Origin: Eledone cirrhosa
Taxonomy: Eukaryota
Direction of reading: 5' to 3'
NCBI GenBank assembly: GCA_964016885.1
Contig: OZ024742.1
Span: forward strand, 243,164,001 to 243,228,000
Length of the DNA: 64,000 bases
Shown: positions 12,866 through 25,899 of the stretch, piece after piece
Position numbering within the stretch: the first letter of the stretch is position 1
Layout of the letters: every line of letters starts with the position of its first letter
The notes under the pieces: model-generated
Databases searched by the model: none
Told to the model about the DNA's origin: nothing
What the model saw: only the letters and a program-made list of their open reading frames with translations
Program-made: the position numbers and the translations under genes

Positions 12866-13489
12866 TGTATGTATGTATGTATGTATGTATGTATGTATGT
12901 ATGTATGTATGTATGTATGTATGTATGTATGTATGTATGTATGTATGTATGTATGTATGTATGTGTGTGTGTATGTACGTATGTGTGTGCGTGTGTGTGT
13001 ATGCATATCCATACATGTATAGATATGTGTACTTACACTCTCACACACACACATACATACATACACATATATATATACGTATATATATATAGCTACATGA
13101 AATGAGGGAAATAAATAATTTTCTATATATATGATAAACACAACCACAAGGATATGGTCCGAACGTAGAAGAGCCGAACTCCCACTGTCATCGCCTCCAT
13201 CTCTCTTGGCCTCCCCATCTCTCTGTATGGTGAGTAAATGGGGTCCCACGTGCTGGCCGCCCCACAGCCCTGGCGGACAGAATGGAGAAGGCGTTTCCCC
13301 GGAGGATGGTAAGGGAGATGCACTGGAAGAGCCATTCCAAGCCACGCTAAACTCTTAAAAGAAATGTTTTTAATTACGATATAAGCTCCAAACTCACATT
13401 GTAGAGTCCAATTACAATCCAAGTTGGCAGAGTACTAAATTCGTGTTCTAATGATACATTGAATTATGTTCCAGTTTGTGATTATAGTT

Positions 13490-13631
13490 TATAGTAAGGT
13501 GAGATGAGATACCGGGTAACAGAACTATTCTTATATAGTAAGGTGAGATGAGATACCGGGTAACAGAACTATTCTTATATAGTAAGGTGAGATGAGATAC
13601 CGGGTAACAGAACTATTCTTATATAGTAAGG
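13490..13631. repeat. 44-bp perfect tandem repeat, three copies
   Basis: TAGTAAGGTGAGATGAGATACCGGGTAACAGAACTATTCTTATA at 13492, 13536 and 13580. Confidence 0.95.
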
Positions 13632-13969
13632 GCAGATCTTCATTGACGGGAATGGATCATGGATTAAAGAGAAAAGAAAAAAGTATTAAAAAAAGAAAAG
13701 GAAAGGAGGGATAAGAAAAGTAAGGAAGAGACTACAAAGGAAAGAGTAGGGAAAAGGAAATGTAAGTTTGAGTGAAGTGTAGAAGAATATAAGAAGTATG
13801 GGGAAAGGGGAAAATATTCTGTGAATGCTTTAAATTGAATGACGGTATTAAGAAGGGCCGAAATGTTTAACCAGCTGGAAGTGGATTGCATCCAACATAG
13901 GAATATACTTAACAGCTTCATTTTTTTAGAATTTAGACATAAAAAAGGTTTCTCTCCTATCAAATATAA

Positions 13970-14146
13970 TTGTTTCAGCTTTTGGCACAAGGCCAGCAAT
14001 TACTCAGTACATTACTGGTACTTATTTTATCAACCCCGTAAGGATGAAAGGCAAAGTTAACCTCGGCGGGATTTGAACTCAGAATGGCAAGGGGCGTAAC
14101 TCTATGCGTCAAAGCATGGCGTCCGACCCTCTACCGATACTGCCAA
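13970..14146 (-). mobile_element. SINE family A
   Basis: Reverse complement of 2208-2385. Confidence 0.85.
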
Positions 14147-14559
14147 ATAATGCCGGATAGCGTCATTAATTTTAGGTTGTCAGTGGCACGCAAATTATAT
14201 TGTGTTGAGCGTTTCTCGTTTTAAGGATAGTGTCTTCTTCTTCTTCTTCTTCTTCTTCTTCTTCTTCTTCTTCTTCTTCTTCTTCTTCTTCGCCCACTTA
14301 TTCCTGGGAGGGTCGTGGTGGCAGAGTCCCTTCCGCGTGTCCTGTCAAAAGCAACCGTATCCGATTGATCTGACTGGATCCCGAGTTCATGGATGTTATC
14401 CAACCATCAAGCTCGGGGTGGGGTTCTATACCAAATTGTCTGAAACTAAAGCCATTTATTGTAACATGTTTATATTTATCTAAGTACCCTGCAAAATAAA
14501 AACCTTCGTTAAGTTATGTTCACAAAACCATAGATATAATAAGTTTAAAGTCTTCAATT

Positions 14560-14800
14560 GATCTCCAAGCGAGACCAACTGACCTCTAGGATGTTAACCA
14601 ACCATCTTGCTCAGGGTCTAGCCATTGGTGTCCTACTAGTTGGTTTTGCCCGTAAAATCTGTCCAGTGGTCCTTTCCTGACACATTCTAACCACATGTCC
14701 GTAATATCGGAGCTGTGATCTCTCAATTCGGAGAAGTAGCGGCTCTAACTAGAGTGACTTCCTGATCTCCGAGTTACGTATTATATTGAGTAACATACTT
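14560..14800 (-). mobile_element. RTE LINE C-terminal fragment
   Basis: IRNSEIRKSL*LEPLLLRIERSQLRYYGHVVRM on the minus strand. Confidence 0.75.
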
Positions 14801-15282
14801 CTTACGCTTGTTGTACAAGCAGGCGTGAAAAGTCGCAGCTGAGACAGAAAAAATGTCCAAAGTTAAGAGGACTCCATTTGTTGTAATGAGAAAAGTTTGT
14901 TATAAAGTCTGCTTCATATTTGCACACATTCCCATTGTGGAATGGTCGTTAACATGATAATTCAATTTGAAAACATTTAGTTTTGCATTGAAATTCACAA
15001 TAACATGTGAAAGAAAGTGATAGAATTAGAATTAAATAATTTAATGTAAATGTAATGTCTCCATATAAAATAAAACTAAATATAAATATGACAACTAAGA
15101 GAAAGCTTCTAAAAGAACGATACAATTAAAATTGCATATATTTAGTTAACAGTATACATATGTAAACACAAGCATAATCTATCTGTATATATACGCGCGC
15201 GTGTGTGTGTGTGTGTGTGTGTGCTCTTTTACTCTCTTACCTGTTCCAGCCATACGGATGAGGCTATGCTGGGCACCACCTT

Positions 15283-15319
<37 letters not shown>

Positions 15320-15322
<3 letters not shown>

Positions 15323-15885
15323 CTGAATATAAAAGAAAAACACGAACACAGATATATACATATATGTGTTCAAATCGCAAGGGACCAGATTCGCTAAGGT
15401 GAAAAGGTTACTAACTATAGGCAATGGGATTTGCCAGACTCAATTTAAGAATAAATCAAGAAAGTAAATACAAACCAGAATTGTGGTAACTACCAATCAC
15501 CCAGACAGCTTTGATCATGCTGTTTCGCAAAATTAATTGTTCACCTGCTGATGAGCAAGAATTGGTATTCCTCTTCACAATTAATATTGCGAAACAGCAT
15601 TATCAAAGCTGTCCGGGTGATTGGTAGTTACCACAATTCTGGTTTGTATTTACTTTCTTGATATATTCTTAAATTGAGTCTGGCAAACCATATTGTCTAT
15701 AGTTAGTATTCTTTTCACCTTAGCGAATCTGGTCCCTTACGATTCAAACACATATATGTATATGGCTGTGTTCGTTTTTCTTTTTAGTTCAGTTATAATA
15801 TACGGCTCGGAAAAATCTCTTTCCTAGAGCTATTTTATTGTAAGAGGCTATTTTGACTTTCTAACTCAATATATACCTTTGATAT
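15320..15885 (+). mobile_element. PLE pseudo-LTR insertion: inverted arm 15320-15540, direct arm 15577-15796 plus tail, between (TA)n tracts
   Basis: About 220-bp inverted repeat enclosing the 5' half of a complete HHR. Confidence 0.85.
15541..15620 (+). ncRNA. Complete canonical type I hammerhead ribozyme motif
   Basis: TCACCTG/CGGGTGA stem I, CTGATGA, GCAA/TTGC, GAAA, CAGC/GCTG stem III, site GUC (15613). Confidence 0.92.
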
Positions 15886-15892
15886 ATATATA

Positions 15893-17256
15893 TTTATTTA
15901 GGTTTGTTGCTTTACCACTGGATAGAACTGGTCATTCCGTATGGTCAACCTCGATGTAATATTATGGAGAACACTCAACATAATGCAACTCACCCGTCTT
16001 CGTTTGTATAGTTGGTGGTGCGAGTACGGAGTTAATTATTATAAAATAACAGGAGGCTGGACTGGTGTAATTCCTTGAAAGGTTTATTATACTATGATCA
16101 GTGACCGAGTTCAGTATGAATCCGGTGACATCATCAGGTATTTGAAATATAACAAAGGAATATAATAGACAAAATCCATGGGGCTGAAAATCAGAGACAT
16201 GAGGGCGACCGAACATTTAGCAGCTTCTACCCCTGTCGGCCGCCCTCAAGTGGTGATTATTAAGCCCACTTATGTCCATCTGGTGAAGGGGCGTAGGCTT
16301 ATAGTGTACTACTACCACCCCGTCAAAGACAGAGGCCAGCGTTGAGATCAGGTTACAAGCTGGTCATGAGTGCTAGAAAGTGCCGCGAAAAATATTATTT
16401 CAAAGAACATATATCTCTTCAACAAAGCTACATATAGTAATATATAGTGGGCGTCTGCATGGTATAATGTAAGGACAGAAATTACGATTAACAATTAGAA
16501 ACGTTAAATTTATGTTTAGATTTAGAAGATGCCATTTAAGATGAAATTAGAAAAATAAGGTTTAGGTTTAAAGTTATGAGATTTAGTTAAAGGAATTTAC
16601 AGAAAGAGGCTTTTATGAAAAAGTGTAAGTGTATTATAGATAGTCACGATAAAGTTTCAAGGTAGAATATAGATATGCTTAGCGGTCAATAACCAGCGAC
16701 GTCGCGGACCCCAGCTAGCCTGGGGCTCAACGGCGTGTCAGCCGTTCCGAGTATTATCGTCTAGAGAAAGAAATGGAAATTTATTTTTCCGAGCACTCCA
16801 GGAATGTTACTGTCTTGAGCGTCGGGTGAGTTAGCGGGAAGTCTGCCACCGTCGGCTGGCCATCGTATATACCAAACGATAACTAGTTATTCACACCGGT
16901 GGGGGATTTAGTTAAATGTTAGTAGAAGGAGGCAAGATAAAGTTAAAAGTTATGATTAAGCCTAGAATTTAAAGGTACTGTTCGGCGGTCAATAACCGGT
17001 GGCGCGGCGGGTTCCAAGTCTGACAGGGCCCCAGGGCGAAGCAGCCATTCCGAGTAATTTCGTTTGCCGAAAGAAGGGGAAATTTATTTTTCCAAGCACT
17101 CTAGGAGGGCTGATCGAGCCGAGCGCCTGGTCGGATCATCACGTGTACCAAACGATTATTCGTTATTCACACCCGTGATGTGAAGTTGAAAGTGGTAAAA
17201 TCTGATGAAATGTGTAAATAGACTACATTTAGTCCCCAGTTAGTCCGAGTTATATG
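15893..17256. mobile_element. Apparently non-coding structured repeat, copy 1 (tail, broken minus-strand HHR, hairpin domain, two tandem structured motifs)
   Basis: Colinear with 23010-24377 and, over 16065-16640, with 17915-18482; no recognisable protein. Confidence 0.8.
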
Positions 17257-17746
17257 TAGTGTGATTCTTGGGTGGGTAGGGGGAGTGAATAAAGATAAAC
17301 AGATATAAGGGTACAGAGAGTAATATTCTAGGGTCGTGTGCTAATGAGTACAAGGATAAGTATATAATGAGAGTAAAGTGAGTAAATAAATACATAAATA
17401 AAAATATAAGTAAAATACATAAATCAAATGCAGTCATAACTAGGGTGGTGATGCAGGGAGTAAAGAGGAAGTATATAAGAACATATCGAAGAAATCAAAT
17501 ACAGGAGAAATAAAATACAGATCAGGTGCAATTGGAGAATACAAAGTTATACATATATATATAGAGGATGGAAAAGTTGGCATGGTATCAGGTGATACCT
17601 AGTATATGTTCGAGTCTTAATTTTCAATGTGAATCCCAAAAGCCCTGAAATATAGGATAGAGAATTCAGTCAATACAATACAGGGTGTAGTAGAATATGC
17701 AGATTCTCTGAAGAATCTATACATATGTATATATATATATATATAT

Positions 17747-18482
17747 TTCGTTTCTGAATTTGTTTAGCAAAATTCTTTATCTGAAAATGTGTGTTGAAAC
17801 CGATATTGTTATGCTTTGGGAGGGTCATGTTGCCAATAAGAAACACACTCACCAGTTGCTTTCACTCCAATTTATTATAAGTTAAATTTATAAATTTTCG
17901 GTTGGTTGGACTTGTGTAAATCCTTGAAAGGTTTATTATACTATGATCATTTCAATGACCGGGTTCCGTATGAATCCGGTGATATCATCAGGTGTTCGAA
18001 ATATAACAAAGGAATATAACAGATAAAATCCATGGGGCTAAAAATCATAGACAAGGGGACGACCGACCATGTAGCATCTTCTACTTTAGTCGGTCGCCCC
18101 CAAATGTTGGCTATTCGGTCTACTTATGACCATCTGGTGAGGGGGTGAAAGCTTATAATGTACTACTACCTCCCCGTCAAAGAGAAAAAAGAAGAAAGAA
18201 AGAAGAGAAGTCAGCGTTAAGGTCGTGCTACAATCAGGCTAGAAATTGCCGCGAAAAATGTTTTTCCAAAGAACCTATATCTTAACAGAGGCATATAGTG
18301 GGCGTCTGTCTGTATGGTATAATGTGTGAACAGAAAATTGTAGCGTTAAACTTATGTTTAGAGTTATAGGATGAAATTTAAAAAATTTAAAAATTTAAAA
18401 AAGTTTAAGGTTTGGGTTGTGAGATTTAGTTAAAGAATTTACAGAGAGAGTCTCATATGAAAAAGTTTAAGTGTATTATAGA
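17747..18482 (-). mobile_element. Structured repeat, divergent partial copy 3 with a different tail
   Basis: 17915-18482 aligns to 16065-16640; 17747-17909 aligns to 45601-45800. Confidence 0.8.
17937..17996 (-). ncRNA. Type I hammerhead motif
   Basis: Minus strand ACAC-CTGATGA-TATCACCGGATTC/GAACCCGGTCATT-GAAA-TGATCA-TA-GTAT. Confidence 0.8.
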
Positions 18483-18486
18483 GTCC

Positions 18487-18797
18487 GCTTGGAAGCTCTG
18501 CAATACAACCAGTACAATTGGGAAATCATTGGAGACTTCAAGATGGTGGCTTTCCAGCTTGGACGCCAAGGAGGCATTATCAAGTTCCAATGCTTCCTCT
18601 GCCTTTGGGAAAACAGAGCCACCTCTGACCACTACAAAAGAAAGAACTGGGAGCAGCGAACAGAATTTGTAGTTGGGACCCGGAACGTCATGTGGGAGCC
18701 ATTGGTTGATCCCAGGATTGTGCTCATGCCGCCACTGCACATTAAGTTGGGGTTGATGAAGCAGGTTGTGAAGGCTCTCAACCAAGAATCAGCCGCT
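18487..18797 (+). pseudogene. Chapaev3-type transposase fragment (distinct family from 57880-60161)
   Basis: WEIIGDFKMVAFQLGRQGG..CFLCLW..PLVDP..MPPLHIKLGLMK aligns with ORF 58188-59630. Confidence 0.85.
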
Positions 18798-18812
18798 ATA
18801 TATATATATATA

Positions 18813-18993
18813 TAGGAAAATGTTCAAGTCCCCGACGGCAGAGCTCAAGCCGTTTCGACGACTATTTCTGGACTAAATTAAATTGTTAGCATGGTAATAA
18901 ATACGGGGTCTTGAACATTTCCTATTACCCACTCTACTACCCTAAGTATTGAGTACTCTGGTGCGTTATGGTCCACCTGGTTCCTTACCACAC
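18813..18993 (+). mobile_element. Short PLE pseudo-LTR remnant, family X (inverted arm, direct arm and tail) in (TA)n
   Basis: Tail TACCCACTCTACTACCCTAAGTATTGAGTAC..GCGTTATGGTCCAC shared with 28142, 40657 and 47613. Confidence 0.8.
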
Positions 18994-19002
18994 TTCCTTT
19001 GT

Positions 19003-19114
<112 letters not shown>

Positions 19115-19860
19115 TATATATATATATATATTTCTGTCTGTTTATATCTCAAAAAGATTTGTTTCAGACTAAACAAAAATCAGGTTGGAACAATATATTT
19201 TGCCTTAAAATAGACCTGTTTACAAAGTGTAACCTTTAAGGTCTGCCACAGACGCTGAGAAAAGAATTGCCTGAAAGCTATGTAAGTGATAGTTAACCTG
19301 AAGTTCAGAATTTCTTTAAACATCAGTAGATTCATTTTCATTTTATTTTCATCAATGTTTGTATATGTGTATGTAGACGTGCATTTTGGAAGGGTGTGTG
19401 TATGTGTGTTATTTACGTGTAATGTATAGTGTTTGAGGTTATGTTTTATATAATGGATGTTCATTTAACCATTAGTGCATATGTGTGTCTATAAGGTTGT
19501 ATAAATGGGTGTAGTACGAATATGGCTGTATCTGGTTTTCAGTGTAAAAGTAGCGAGAGTTTTATATGGTATATCAAAGTATATATCAAAGTATATATAT
19601 AGTTGAATACATTTTGAGGTACTATATTCTATCTTTATATAAGTCTGAACTTGATTATGTAAAACCGAATGAGCTCACATGGGACGTTATATGTTTTTGT
19701 AAGTGGATGTATGTAAGCATCTTAGTGGATAGTATGTGTATTCGTAAGATAGCTTGTATCATTGAATATGAAAGTAAATGCTTGTGTGAATATATGATGA
19801 TCTTGTGAATACACAGGAGATACTCAAGAGTAACAAAACTCCAACTTAGCCTTAATAAAT

Positions 19861-20061
19861 AATTGTTTCTACTTTAGGCACAAGACCAGATATTTTTGGA
19901 GGGGAGGGGAAAGTCGATTAAATTGACCCCAGTGCTTTATTTTATCGATCCCATAAGGATGAAGAGCAAAGCTAACCTCGGCCGGATTTGAAATCAGAAC
20001 TTAAAGGGCCGTAACTCTATGCTGAAACGTATGGTGTCCGTCGCTCTATCGATACTGCCAA
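19861..20061 (-). mobile_element. SINE family A
   Basis: Conserved core and B box on the minus strand. Confidence 0.85.
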
Positions 20062-20139
20062 ATAATATATATATATATATCGGTAGAGCGCCGGACACCA
20101 TACGTGTGTGTGTGTGTGTATATATATTTATATATATAT

Positions 20140-20173
<34 letters not shown>

Positions 20174-20181
20174 CCACGTGC

Positions 20182-20228
<47 letters not shown>

Positions 20229-20400
20229 GCAATATCGGAGAAAGCTTTTTAGCGATACTCCGGCCAAATTCCAACTCACTCAACAAACATTAGGAAATAA
20301 GTGATTATATTCCCAATTATGCGTTCGGGGTGCTAACTAAAAGTATTGCGTGGAAAATTGGCTGTATTATTTCATATGAGACATATCTAATATATCTCTT

Positions 20401-20527
20401 CCCAGACGGACGTCTCGTTTCATTATAGGATTCCTACAATTTGGGTGAAATTATACCAATTTATGTAGGAGCTTGTATACCATCAGTAGATATATATTCA
20501 AGTGGGCTCCTATAATTCATCAGTGAG
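20401..20527 (-). ncRNA. Type I hammerhead motif with a branched insert in stem II
   Basis: Minus strand CTCA/TGGG stem I, CTGATGA, ATTATAGGA/TCCTATAAT, GAAA, CG-AGACGTC-CG, TC. Confidence 0.8.
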
Positions 20528-20758
20528 TGCCCCAATAATACTAATATTGATAATCTAACCAACATCAGTATTTAGCGATAATCATCATCTGTGCCTGAGG
20601 TATCTGTCAGGTTGCCAGTCCAGCAGTTCTAAAGAAGTGCTCGAACTGATTCAAAAATGAGGAAGTAAATTACCGCCAAAAAAAACAATACATGCGCATG
20701 ACAATGAACTCTGAAAGGAATTCAGGCCACGTGCTAAGAACTCAATTGGAAATTGAAA

Positions 20759-20847
<89 letters not shown>

Positions 20848-21067
20848 TGAAAAAATGGTGTGCTGCGTTGTTGCGAGTGTGATACATATGAATGAAAATA
20901 GACCGAGAAACGGGACTTGGATATCGTTTTAGGTAATCCAGTTAGAGGTTGTAAGTACTCTGTACTATGGATAGTTTTAACGTACGGCGTTGTTTGACTC
21001 AACAAGAGGTTTCCTTATTTAGGTAGCGAGTTTGTGAGAATTCCCATGCAGGTCATTCTTTGAGTAA

Positions 21068-21250
21068 TAATTGTTTCTACTTTTGGCACAAGGCCAGCAA
21101 TTATCCCATTGTATAACTGGTACTTTATTTTATCGACCGCGTAAGGATGAACGGCAAAGTTAACCGTGGCAGAATTTGAACTCAGACTATAAAGGGACGT
21201 AACTCTTTGCTGCAAAGCATGGCGTCCGACCCGCTACCGATACTGTCAAT
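21068..21250 (-). mobile_element. SINE family A
   Basis: Conserved core and B box. Confidence 0.85.
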
Positions 21251-21261
21251 CTAATAAGAAT

Positions 21262-21538
21262 AAGAGTGAAGAATAACATGATCGGCTGTTCAAAAAGGGT
21301 TTTATTTACAGTATTAACAATTGTTTCATTGATCAGGTGAGTTTAAAGGCCGCTAATCATTCGGAATTGTGTCACTCGACCTTAAATACAGTGTGTGTCT
21401 TCTGATCAAATCATCGGAATACTGGTATTCCGATGATTTGATCAGAGACACACACGGCCTTTTAACAATTGTTAATACTGTAAATAAAACCCTCTTTGTA
21501 CAACCGACCATGTTATTCTTCACTCTTTCACTACTATA
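21262..21538. mobile_element. Rearranged PLE pseudo-LTR with nested inverted repeats and split HHR halves; further arm at 22498-22568
   Basis: 21262-21352 inverted against 21456-21528; palindrome 21392-21455 contains GTATT-CCGATGA; GAAA-CAATTG-TT-AATAC on the minus arm. Confidence 0.7.
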
Positions 21539-21547
21539 TATATATAG

Positions 21548-22446
21548 AAGTGGTTACACAACAGTTAGTTTACCATACCGAGAACAATTGTTTCACCTTA
21601 GCGGATCCTCAGCTCGTAATGGACATGGTTATACGGAACAGGAAGGACAACCATATGAACGCGCATGCGCAGGAACCGTCACTTCACACAGGCAATACTA
21701 AAAAGCGTGCGAGAGGTGTAAGGGAGATAACTGCGAAAGTCCGAAAAGTTTCTAGTTGATAAGAAAATTAGGATGTTGTGATTCAATCCGGAGCTTTGTA
21801 GTTATGTAAGAGGTGTTTCGAGACGTGTGGACAACGTGTGAAGAATTCATTACTCGTGTTTAGGCAATCATTATTGCATAATCTCTTTAGAATATTTATT
21901 CGTTCATCAATACATAGACCACGAGACGGATTTCCCCTTGCGTATAGCTTGGACTTAGTGATGGCTTTCCATTGAATGGAGTAGTCTATACTTGCGTCCT
22001 TGAGGGACAATACGTGACTCGCGAGTTTCGTGGATGAACGTATTGCCGGGTACCTAAAGGTCGACTGGTGGTTCAGGAAGCGTTCCTTAAATCGGCCCTC
22101 CGCGCATACCCACATAGGATTTGACCTCCTGTGGTTGATTTGGTCGGTTGGAAGTGACCACAGCTTCATAAATTACAGCGGGTGTCTTGCATTGCTGTTG
22201 AAGGGGACACGCTTCGGGCTTACGGCAAGAGCACCATGGTGGGTGTTGCTCTTAGGGCTATTGGGGATGTGGGCCTTCATGTTCTTAGCGCAGGAGTATC
22301 CTAGTTTTACTTTGTGTCGGTTAAAGATGGAGCGGTATTTATGACCTATGGGAAAGTGTCTATCTAAGAGGGCTAGAAATGTTTTGCCTACGTTGGTTTT
22401 AACGTTGAGTGAGAAGGGAGGAGAGAACCAGATAGTTTGTCTATTG

Positions 22447-22448
<2 letters not shown>
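21548..22448 (-). mobile_element. PLE 3' fragment (thumb/linker, GIY-YIG endonuclease, pseudo-LTR), Hydra-clade-like
   Basis: IWFSPPFSLNVKTNVGKTFLALLDRHFP..IFNRHKVKLGYSC; FKERFLNHQSTF..LCIDERINIL..CLNTSNEFFTRCPH. Confidence 0.9.
21573..21622 (-). ncRNA. Type I hammerhead motif
   Basis: Minus strand CGAG-CTGAGGA-TCC/GGT-GAAA-CAATTG-TT-CTCG. Confidence 0.8.
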
Positions 22449-22502
<54 letters not shown>

Positions 22503-22566
22503 GTGAAAGAGTGAAGAATAACATGGTCGGCTGTACAAAAAGGGTATTAACAATTGTTAAAAGGCC

Positions 22567-24377
<1,811 letters not shown>

Positions 24378-24844
24378 AACGTATAATATGTATAATATAT
24401 ATATATACATACATATATATATATATATACATACATATATATAATATATATATATACATACATATATATATATATATATATATGAGAAAAATGGAGAGCT
24501 GCGTGGCTGCACATGGGTTTCATATAAATAAAATTAGTCCTTCATCAGTGATCTTCCAACTTTCATTGGTATTTCATCGCTTTAAAAATCATATACCTCT
24601 AGTTGGCGCGAGCAATAACTCAATAAAGTTATTGGGACAAGTAAAATAGGGTGACACGAGCGAGACATGTAAACAAACAACGATGGTATTGCAACGGAAA
24701 GATAGGAAGAAACAAGCACATGATATCTGTAAGCTTAAGCTTGGTGAATTCATGGACGAGAGATACAGACCATCCGACATGGGTGAGATGTGAGCGAGAA
24801 AAGGATTTTACACAGGTCAACGGGAGGAAATGAGAGAGGGGGAG

Positions 24845-25480
<636 letters not shown>

Positions 25481-25899
25481 AGATATATATAGATAGATAT
25501 AGATATATATATATCCACAACTAGATACTTGCACCATTAGATAGGACCCACCGCCATACTCTGAGACACCTATAAATAACCAGAACTGACCAACTTTATC
25601 TGACATTCCTGATTATTTCATACGAATGAAACAGTACTAGTCCTGTAGAAAGAAAGTAGAGTCAGAAACTAAAAGAATAACAAAAAGTATGAACGATAAA
25701 TTTATGAACAAGAGAGTAGATGTGGTTTAGATAATTACATTCTGTAGAATGGTACAAGCTTGACCATTAGTATAGGAAGTAGAGAAGATAGAGGGAGGCA
25801 GTGGAAGTAGCGAAGTGGATGGTGGTATGAACGTATAAGAAAAGGAAAAAGAGAAAAGAGATGAGCAATTAAGGGAGCTGGAGCAAAGGGAAAGAAGAG

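Noticed and set aside
13490-13631. CRISPR-like array
   Set aside because: Units are contiguous with no unique spacers, no cas genes are present, and the context is eukaryotic
16683-17175. Assignment of the structured motif to SRP RNA, RNase P/MRP, a group I intron or a viral IRES
   Set aside because: Only short look-alikes (GAAGCAGCC, GCGGGAA, CCGAGTA, CAGCC) that are not conserved in all copies or are in the wrong order
19250-19285. Hammerhead-like CTGAGAA..GAAAGCTA
   Set aside because: C3-A8 mismatch and no good stem II
24510-24552. Minus-strand hammerhead (CTGATGAAGG..GAAAC)
   Set aside because: Stem II and the cleavage site cannot be formed; at most a decayed remnant
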